Shown: one piece after another, positions 31,561 to 37,061 of the stretch
How positions within the stretch are numbered: position 1 is the first letter of the stretch
Layout of the letters: every line of letters begins with the position of its first letter
Source of the DNA: a virus
Virus record (IMG/VR): IMGVR_UViG_3300045988_121094
Location: 1 to 37,061 of that record
Reading direction: 5' to 3' (one strand)
Length of the DNA: 37,061 bases
Notes under the pieces: model-generated
The model's input: only the letters and a program-made list of their open reading frames with translations
Database searches by the model: none
Told to the model about the DNA's origin: nothing
Translations under genes and position numbers: made by a program

Positions 31561-32122
31561 TCAATACTTTCAATATAGTTTCTTTAGCACTATCACTTTC
31601 TGGCTTTTTAGGGATAACTCTTAATGCACTAGCTATAGTCATTATGTTTTCTTTTTCTATATCTAAAAGCATTTTTCTTTTCGGCTGTAATTGTTTATCT
31701 AATTCTACTATAGATCCTATGATTTCAGAAATTGACCTTGCAAATTTTCTAGTTTCCTTAGCCATTTCTTCATCTTCAATATATTCTTTAGATAATTCAA
31801 ATTGCTCTTCTAATTTATCAATAAGTTCATAAAGTTTAACTTTTTTATCTTCAAATTCTATGCATTCAGCATAAATTAAACAATATCTATTTATTACAGC
31901 TTCATATATTGCATCATTTTTTTCTATTTTCTTAAGGAGCTCATTGATACGCTTAAACTCTTTATTAGCTATTTTATTTTTCTTTACTTCACTTCTAACT
32001 TTCAATGCAGTTCCGGTACTTAGAGCCTTTTCTCCTTGCTCTCTAACTTTTAATTCTTTCTTAGTTCTATGAGATTTTCCTTCACTTTTTAAAACTGAAA
32101 ATGGCTTTGGTGGTGTAGGCAT
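31547..32122 (-). CDS. terS: Terminase small subunit (P27-like family)
   Basis: MPTPPKPFSVLKSEGKSHRTKKELKVREQGEKAL.. is a typical P27-family N-terminus. Confidence 0.7.
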   Translation of the reverse strand: MPTPPKPFSVLKSEGKSHRTKKELKVREQGEKALSTGTALKVRSEVKKNKIANKEFKRINELLKKIEKNDAIYEAVINRYCLIYAECIEFEDKKVKLYELIDKLEEQFELSKEYIEDEEMAKETRKFARSISEIIGSIVELDKQLQPKRKMLLDIEKENIMTIASALRVIPKKPESDSAKETILKVLNGNG

Positions 32123-32247
32123 ATTATCAACTCCTTTCTAAAAATTAATTTTAAAAGCTGATGTGGGAATATTTTATCTACAAAGGTGGATACGTGGTGT
32201 CGCTAAGCACCTCTCTAAAAGTCATACCCCTAGGGGGGATATGTATT
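32123..32247. other. Candidate cos/packaging-initiation region
   Basis: 125-bp non-coding gap between the HNH and terS genes, locally GC-richer. Contains the palindrome CCCCTAGGGG (32227-32236). Confidence 0.4.
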
Positions 32248-32619
32248 CTATTCCTCTATCATACTTCTTAATAATTCTCTAGGTATTTCTCCCTTCTCTG
32301 CTAACTCATGATGATACTTACATAAACTTATCAAGTTATCGTCCTCTAGTCTTAACTCATAGTTCTCTCTCAATGGTGTTATATGATGTACTTCTATATC
32401 TGTATAGTTATATTGTTTTAATGTATTGTATAGTTTCCTTATACATACTTGGCATAGTCCTTTATCCCTATCCTTTATATTATTTCTTTTCCTTTGCCAT
32501 GCTTGTGTATTTCTAAAGCTATCCTCTTCTGTTTTCTTATACCTCTTCTTTGTTGGTTTATTAGGACATGTGTATTTACTATCATGTATTCTTCCACAAT
32601 ACTTACAGCTCTTTAACAT
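32248..32619 (-). CDS. HNH endonuclease (terminase-associated)
   Basis: CKYCGRIH..CPN...CQVC...EVHHITPL...LCKYHHELAEKG. Alternative upstream start at 32667. Confidence 0.8.
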   Translation of the reverse strand: MLKSCKYCGRIHDSKYTCPNKPTKKRYKKTEEDSFRNTQAWQRKRNNIKDRDKGLCQVCIRKLYNTLKQYNYTDIEVHHITPLRENYELRLEDDNLISLCKYHHELAEKGEIPRELLRSMIEE

Positions 32620-32800
32620 ATTTAAGTATTCCCTCAATCTCTTTATTAATTTCTTCTTGCATATCAATTAATTTATAATTAGTTTCTATTATATTTTTAT
32701 TAGTTCTAATCTTATAAATATCAACTATAATGTAACTTATCAAAGTAAGTATCAATACTATACTTAGTATATCATTTAGCTTTATTTTTATATTCTTCAT
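32603..32800 (-). CDS. Small membrane protein (65 aa)
   Basis: MKNIKIKLNDILSIVLILTLISYIIVDIY.. TM segment. Start choice uncertain (GTG at 32830 is possible). Confidence 0.45.
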   Translation of the reverse strand: MKNIKIKLNDILSIVLILTLISYIIVDIYKIRTNKNIIETNYKLIDMQEEINKEIEGILKYVKEL

Positions 32801-32880
32801 CACTTCACTTACCCTCCTAATATTAAACACATTTAATGATTTCTACATCGCTTATTCATAACTTTCTTTATATATTAAAA

Positions 32881-32967
32881 GCTAGTAAGAAACAGTTGAT
32901 AGATAATTAAGGAAGTGTTACCTCCTTTTATTTTTAATATTTTTTATTTTTAAAGTTCCTTACTAGC
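32881..32967 (-). promoter_or_regulatory. Nested RNA stem-loop in the late-operon leader (13-bp outer stem, 8-bp inner stem)
   Basis: Outer 32881-32893 with 32955-32967; inner 32909-32916 with 32920-32927. Both single mismatches are G-U on minus-strand RNA but A-C on plus-strand RNA. Confidence 0.5.
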
Positions 32968-32976
32968 TCCTGCAGG

Positions 32977-33186
32977 CTATTTTTGTCTTAATGCTCCATT
33001 TACCCTTTGGTATCTTCTTTCCCTCATACAAGTTTCTAAATCTTCATAAGGTGATAGAGTAAGTTCTATCTCTTCACATTTATTATGATTCTTGCATAAA
33101 GGATTATGGAATAAACAAGCACACTTTAGATCTTGTCCTATCCAATTACTTAGAAATACATATTGTCTTTTCTTTACCTTACCCAT
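32977..33186 (-). CDS. Cys-rich hypothetical protein (69 aa)
   Basis: Track ORF. CACLFHNPLCKNHNKCEE...C. Confidence 0.45.
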   Translation of the reverse strand: MGKVKKRQYVFLSNWIGQDLKCACLFHNPLCKNHNKCEEIELTLSPYEDLETCMRERRYQRVNGALRQK

Positions 33187-33204
33187 ATTATCACCTCACT
33201 TTAT

Positions 33205-33236
33205 ATAAAATAAAAAGAACCCTATTTCTAGAGTTC
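33205..33236 (-). terminator. Rho-independent terminator
   Basis: Stem gaacccta / tagagttc (7/8), 4-nt loop. The minus strand then reads TTTTTATTTTAT. Confidence 0.6.
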
Positions 33237-33243
33237 CTTATTG

Positions 33244-33519
33244 TTATTCTTGTAAAAATTTTTCTTGTTGTTTTATTAATAAAGTCTTTTTCTCTACAAA
33301 GAATTTCATATCTCTTTCAATTTCTTGTTTTGTTCTAACTTTACTTTCAATCTTAATACCTAAAGGCATGTTGTTTTCCTCTTTAAATTCTTTAGCTATT
33401 ACTTCCATTTGTTCATTTATTAATGCTTGTTTATATTCTTCAATATAATTTTCAACGATTTCTTCTAAACCTGATACAAGTTCTTCATATGCAATCTTTT
33501 TGAATTTATTCTCATCCAT
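33244..33519 (-). CDS. Hypothetical coiled-coil protein (91 aa)
   Basis: Track ORF trimmed to the ATG after GGGGGTGAGAAAT. Confidence 0.5.
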   Translation of the reverse strand: MDENKFKKIAYEELVSGLEEIVENYIEEYKQALINEQMEVIAKEFKEENNMPLGIKIESKVRTKQEIERDMKFFVEKKTLLIKQQEKFLQE

Positions 33520-33565
33520 ATTTCTCACCCCCAATTACAATTTTATACTCTACTGTAAAATAAGT

Positions 33566-33598
33566 AAAGCACTTAACTATTATTATGCTAAGTGCTTT
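33566..33598 (-). terminator. Stem-loop terminator after the ArpU-like gene
   Basis: Perfect 10-bp stem aaagcactta / taagtgcttt, 13-nt loop, T-rich tail on the minus strand. Confidence 0.55.
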
Positions 33599-33696
33599 AT
33601 AGGGGTTAAAAACTATGGAGGACTTTTACCATGTCCATACTATTATTATAAGCTATATAACATATAATATTTTCTCAACTTTTTATCACTTTTTTA

Positions 33697-34215
33697 TCAC
33701 CTTAGGAATGTATTCTCATACTCTGCTATTACTTCTACTAATTCTTCTCTCTTTCTATATGCTGTTGCTTGTGCCATGTTTAACTTCATTGATATTTGTA
33801 ATATATTCTTTTTATCTCCATACTTTAATTCTAAGAATCTCTTATCTTCTTCATTTAATAGATCTATATTTTTATTCATATATTCTATATATCTTTCCAT
33901 ATCTCTTATCTTAGATTTATACTTTAGTATTTTCTTAGTTGTTTCTAAGTGCTCTCTTTCTAATCTATCTATTAACTTACACATTTCAGATTCTGCATAG
34001 CTTGTACCACTTGAAGATGATTGAACTCTTTCTTGTATTCCTATTCCATTTTGATAGTAATCTATAGTTACATTAGAATGCCTAATATCATACTCAATAG
34101 TTTTTATTTCTCTTTCCAGCCATGATATATCTTCCTTGATACTATATATTTTTTTCTTACTTTCATAATATCTATATAACTTTCCTTCTGTCTTTCTAAA
34201 TAGCTCTTTATCCAT
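33697..34215 (-). CDS. ArpU/RinA-type late transcription activator (sigma-70 region-4-like HTH)
   Basis: C-terminal ..LLNEEDKRFLELKYGDKKNILQISMKLNMAQATAYRKREELVEVI.. Position upstream of the packaging genes. Confidence 0.6.
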   Translation of the reverse strand: MDKELFRKTEGKLYRYYESKKKIYSIKEDISWLEREIKTIEYDIRHSNVTIDYYQNGIGIQERVQSSSSGTSYAESEMCKLIDRLEREHLETTKKILKYKSKIRDMERYIEYMNKNIDLLNEEDKRFLELKYGDKKNILQISMKLNMAQATAYRKREELVEVIAEYENTFLR

Positions 34216-34621
34216 TCAACCCCTCCTTAGCTATCATACAAGCTACTTTCCAATATGCTTGAAGTAAATTAGTTTCCTCTGTATCACATTGTTGATCATC
34301 TCCTCCACATCCCGTATTTCTAATTGCTATAGTGTAATAATCCCATGCATAATAACTTTCTACTTTACCATTAGTTTTATCCTCTATAAACTTTCTTAGT
34401 TGTCCTTCTGTAAATAGTGGAATTCTGTATTTACCTTTACCATCTTCAATAATTTTTGTTTGTCTTTTACTACCTATAACTCCAATAATAGAATCATCAT
34501 TATTAAATACTACAGTTTCAAATTGAAATATATCCCCAATGCTTGGCTTCCACCAATCCAAAAACACCTCTTGTACTCCTACAGGCTGTTCTTTAAATTG
34601 TTCTACTGTTATAAATTCCAT
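34208..34621 (-). CDS. Hypothetical protein (137 aa)
   Basis: Track ORF. Confidence 0.5.
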   Translation of the reverse strand: MEFITVEQFKEQPVGVQEVFLDWWKPSIGDIFQFETVVFNNDDSIIGVIGSKRQTKIIEDGKGKYRIPLFTEGQLRKFIEDKTNGKVESYYAWDYYTIAIRNTGCGGDDQQCDTEETNLLQAYWKVACMIAKEGLNG

Positions 34622-34631
34622 GCTATACCTC

Positions 34632-34820
34632 CTATTTATCCCAAAGAGAATCTAAAAATTCAATATACCCATTTAACTCTTTGTCGCTCATTCCATCTAT
34701 ATTAGCATTTCCTATTACAAAAGCTTTTTCGCTTTCTCTTATAAATTCTCTGTATGTTTGGGTATTTTTACAATCTTCACAATCGCATATTCTTTTATCT
34801 AAATTTGATTTATTTAACAT
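34632..34820 (-). CDS. Small Cys-containing hypothetical protein (62 aa)
   Basis: Start at the ATG after GGAGGAATTGGA (MLNKSNLDKRICDCEDCKN..). Confidence 0.5.
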   Translation of the reverse strand: MLNKSNLDKRICDCEDCKNTQTYREFIRESEKAFVIGNANIDGMSDKELNGYIEFLDSLWDK

Positions 34821-34930
34821 TCCAATTCCTCCAAATCCCAATCCTTACAACAATCAGCACAAGCATTTTCTTTATTTAAAGTACACGACTCACAATTTAA
34901 CTCTTCATCTTCTCTCAAATTTTCAAACAT
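34814..34930 (-). CDS. Tiny Cys-rich acidic protein (38 aa)
   Basis: Hand-found: AGGAGGGGTAGA-ATG. MFENLREDEELNCESCTLNKENACADCCKDWDLEELEC. Confidence 0.4.
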   Translation of the reverse strand: MFENLREDEELNCESCTLNKENACADCCKDWDLEELEC

Positions 34931-35009
34931 TCTACCCCTCCTATAGAGTGGACCATATAAGATCCACTCGTAATATTTCTGTAATTACGTATTATTTCTG
35001 AATGACGTA

Positions 35010-35237
35010 TCACTTTATATTGAAAAAATTTTTTACTATATCTTTTATACTTCTACTTGATGTGCAACATTTAAAATTTTCACAAGTTTTATTATCCAAC
35101 ACATCATATATAAAAAGCATTTTTTCACCAGTAATAGTACAATCTGCAATACTCTCATCTAATCCAAATCTTAAATGCTTACACCAATTACAATTCTTTT
35201 TATATATAGGTTTAAATAATCTTTTTAATTTCATCAA
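35010..35237 (-). CDS. Cys-rich hypothetical protein (75 aa)
   Basis: Track ORF. CNWCKH...C...CENFKCC. Confidence 0.45.
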   Translation of the reverse strand: MMKLKRLFKPIYKKNCNWCKHLRFGLDESIADCTITGEKMLFIYDVLDNKTCENFKCCTSSRSIKDIVKNFFNIK

Positions 35238-35291
35238 TCCACTCCTTGATTCATAATAGTATTAATTTTTATTTTATTTATGATTTGCCAA

Positions 35292-35507
35292 TTAATTTAG
35301 TTTAGTTTTTAATAGCCTTGCTTGTTTTAAAGCGATTGAAATAAATCCACTAAAATCTATCAATTCCTTTGGCAATCTCTTTACGCCATTATTAAGTTCC
35401 ACTGTATAAAGTGATTCAAGGCACTCAATTATATCTTCGACGCACTCAATTGGTGTGCTTTCTTCTTCAATCTGTTTCATTCTTTCATTAACGTTAGACA
35501 TACTCAT
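35292..35507 (-). CDS. Hypothetical protein (71 aa)
   Basis: Track ORF. RBS AAAGGTGGA. Confidence 0.5.
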   Translation of the reverse strand: MSMSNVNERMKQIEEESTPIECVEDIIECLESLYTVELNNGVKRLPKELIDFSGFISIALKQARLLKTKLN

Positions 35508-35539
35508 TCCACCTTTCTTTACTTCGTAATATTTACAAA

Positions 35540-35626
35540 TTACTCTTCTCTATCATTTCTAGTAGCTCCATATATCAATGTCCAATAAAATAGTACTGCT
35601 ATTAACCATATAACCACTATTTTCAT
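35540..35626 (-). CDS. Tiny single-TM peptide (28 aa)
   Basis: Hand-found: GAGAGGGTAGCAT-ATG. MKIVVIWLIAVLFYWTLIYGATRNDREE. Confidence 0.35.
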   Translation of the reverse strand: MKIVVIWLIAVLFYWTLIYGATRNDREE

Positions 35627-35629
35627 ATG

Positions 35630-35887
35630 CTACCCTCTCAATCTTTTATCCAATCTATCTATTTTCTTATCTATCCATTCTTCAATTTTTGTCTTATCAT
35701 ACATAAGTTCCAATTGCATTAACATTATAAATACATCTGCAATTTCTTCTTCAACGTTATGATCCTTCCCCCTCAAATCTTTAGACAAAGCTTGTTGTAG
35801 TTCTGCAAGTTCTTCCATAGCAACTATCTTCTGCATGCCTTCTCCAAATGTGTCTATTGCTTTTTCCATTACTTTTAATTTATCCAT
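35630..35887 (-). CDS. MazG-like nucleotide pyrophosphohydrolase-fold protein (small)
   Basis: ..AMEELAELQQALSK...VEEEIADVFIMLMQLELMY.. pattern. Start at the ATG after GGAGGG. Confidence 0.55.
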   Translation of the reverse strand: MDKLKVMEKAIDTFGEGMQKIVAMEELAELQQALSKDLRGKDHNVEEEIADVFIMLMQLELMYDKTKIEEWIDKKIDRLDKRLRG

Positions 35888-36173
35888 TAATGGCCCTCCA
35901 TAATTTGCTATCATCTATATAGAAAAACTCTCTCTTTCTACCTTTGTATTTAACTTTACTTCTCTCTTCTATTGCTTTAGCTTTTATCTCTTCTCTGATT
36001 TCTCTATCTCTTTCACTTTTAATATCTCTATAAAGCCTTTCTATAGATGGCACTTTAAGAGTTGTTGTTTCTCTTAAATACGTTACTATTTCATCTATGT
36101 TCTTTTTCCCTATATTTTCTTTTATATATTCTCTAGCAACTGATGAAGAGTATCTATTTCCAACCTTATTCAT
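35880..36173 (-). CDS. Hypothetical basic protein (97 aa)
   Basis: Track ORF trimmed to the ATG just after the upstream stop. Confidence 0.45.
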   Translation of the reverse strand: MNKVGNRYSSSVAREYIKENIGKKNIDEIVTYLRETTTLKVPSIERLYRDIKSERDREIREEIKAKAIEERSKVKYKGRKREFFYIDDSKLWRAING

Positions 36174-36177
36174 AGCC

Positions 36178-36927
36178 TTATATCCTTTCAAATACCTTTT
36201 TAAATTCATTACAGAAGCTTTCTAGCTCTTCTATATTGCTGAAAGCTAGTTTATATCCTTCACTTTCAAGTGCTACTCCTAGTCCTGTTTTTGCTTCATA
36301 CACACCGTTCTTTCCTTTTAACTTAACTTCTTTTATGACAACTTCCTCTAATACTTCTAAATCATCTGATTCTTTCTCTATTTGTCTTGCTACTTCTGTT
36401 GCTATCTTCTTAGCATCTTCTTTTTCTATAGCTTTTTTAATATTCTTGTTATCTTCTAAAATATAAGCCGCTGCATCATCTAACACTTTTTCATCATCTA
36501 TCTCACCAAATGTTCTATTAATCATATTCTTAGTAGCTTTAGGAAATTTAAATACAGTTTCTTCTATAACTTCCTTTCTGCTCTTTCCTTGTGCTATTAA
36601 TCCCTTCATAAATTCTCTAACTTCTATTTGTAACTTAGTCATATCAACATTCTCCTTTTCTAATATTTTTCTTTTATCTTTTTCATCTAACATAAATTCT
36701 TCCATCAAACTCTGTACTTCTCTTATTTCTTTAAATGTAGAACCTTTAGTCACTAAGACAGATATAAAACTTCCATATATCAAATTTGTAACTTGCTCTG
36801 CCTTATCTTTTGTTATCTTATCTATAATTTCATTCATTCTCTTAGTTTCATTTGCTGATAACTTCTTAACAAAATCTTTATCCTTTTCTATTTCTCTATC
36901 TCTTTTTCTTCTTTCTTGCCTATTCAT
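36178..36927 (-). CDS. Hypothetical E/K-rich protein (249 aa)
   Basis: Track ORF. RBS AGGAGGGAGC. Confidence 0.55.
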   Translation of the reverse strand: MNRQERRKRDREIEKDKDFVKKLSANETKRMNEIIDKITKDKAEQVTNLIYGSFISVLVTKGSTFKEIREVQSLMEEFMLDEKDKRKILEKENVDMTKLQIEVREFMKGLIAQGKSRKEVIEETVFKFPKATKNMINRTFGEIDDEKVLDDAAAYILEDNKNIKKAIEKEDAKKIATEVARQIEKESDDLEVLEEVVIKEVKLKGKNGVYEAKTGLGVALESEGYKLAFSNIEELESFCNEFKKVFERI

Positions 36928-36935
36928 GCTCCCTC

Positions 36936-37061
36936 CTATAGTCTTTCACACCGCTCTTTTAACGGACCATAAAAAGTACCATCTAGCTCTATAATGTAAT
37001 TGTTCTCATGTTCAAATAAGAAGTTCCATACAGAACCTAAAGTAAATTTACTATTAAGTTC
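36936..37061 (-). CDS. 3' part of the junction-spanning small gene (same gene as 1-167)
   Basis: TAG at 36936-36938. 36943-37061 duplicates 1-119. Confidence 0.5.
   Translation of the reverse strand, partial: ELNSKFTLGSVWNFLFEHENNYIIELDGTFYGPLKERCERL
36943..37061. repeat. Terminal direct repeat copy 2 (identical to 1-119)
   Basis: Exact identity read directly. Confidence 0.95.

Larger units (their letters stand above)
1..36942. mobile_element. Temperate siphovirus-type phage genome, apparently complete, circularly closed contig (unit length 36,942 bp)
   Basis: Complete lysogeny, replication/recombination, packaging, HK97-type head, long-tail and lysis modules. Window end repeats window start (119 nt). 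Confidence 0.85.

Noticed and set aside
32909-32951. The inner hairpin plus T-run read as a plus-strand terminator, or the AAGGAGGT on the minus strand read as the RBS of a missed gene
   Set aside because: No plus-strand gene ends here. On the minus strand no ATG, GTG or TTG follows the SD-like sequence in any frame before stops. The G-U versus A-C asymmetry favours a minus-strand RNA structure instead.
33615-34000. Plus-strand ORFs 33615-33914 and 33776-34000, plus 34460-35256 (three ORFs)
   Set aside because: They are antisense to the ArpU-like gene and the small early genes. They are extremely Leu/Ile/Phe/Tyr-rich, and there is no translation-initiation context.
1-37061. CRISPR arrays, tRNA/rRNA genes, reverse transcriptase/DGR or retron elements, transposase/IS elements
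   Set aside because: No regularly spaced repeat-spacer array was seen. No cloverleaf-like or GTTCGAATC-type tRNA signatures were seen. No ORF carries RT (YxDD) or DDE-transposase hallmarks. The only recombinase is the phage integrase.

Overview
The window is an AT-rich, apparently complete temperate siphovirus-type phage or prophage genome. It looks Firmicute/clostridial: AbrB-like regulator, BhlA/UviB-like protein, Amidase_3 endolysin. The last 119 nt (36943-37061) repeat the first 119 nt exactly, so the contig closes into a 36,942-bp circle.

Almost all genes are on the minus strand.
- Early/replication-recombination block (about 36.9 kb wrapping to 8.7 kb): SSB, PD-(D/E)xK resolvase-like protein, HNH-fold protein, DnaC-like loader, replisome organizer/DnaD, Rad52-type annealase, Gp157-like protein, AbrB-like gene, antirepressor, Cro-like HTH.
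- Late block: ArpU/RinA-like activator, HNH, cos-like gap, TerS, TerL, HK97-type portal, protease and capsid, connectors, major tail protein, frameshifted chaperone pair, tape measure, a 1.2-kaa tail/receptor-binding protein, BhlA-like protein, holin, amidase.
- Plus-strand lysogeny module (8886-10986): ImmR-like repressor, ImmA-like protein and tyrosine integrase, followed by an attP-like repeat region.

The most unusual content is a self-contained island of about 3.7 kb between attP and the lysis cassette (about 11.26-14.99 kb). It holds an XRE regulator, a membrane-anchored FtsK/SpoIIIE-type ATPase translationally coupled to a Replic_Relax-like protein, a 263-bp repeat-dense non-coding locus and a membrane protein. 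It also holds a palindrome-controlled operon of three tiny proteins and a divergent hydrophobic peptide.

Other notable points:
- An AbrB-like gene with an in-frame TGA.
- Two core genes (tail protein, SSB) that lack a canonical start codon.
- A textbook -1 frameshift signal.
- Strand-specific RNA structures in the late leader.

No tRNA, rRNA or CRISPR array was seen. All calls rest on reading the sequence and recalled family signatures. No database search was run. Small-ORF coordinates were derived by hand.
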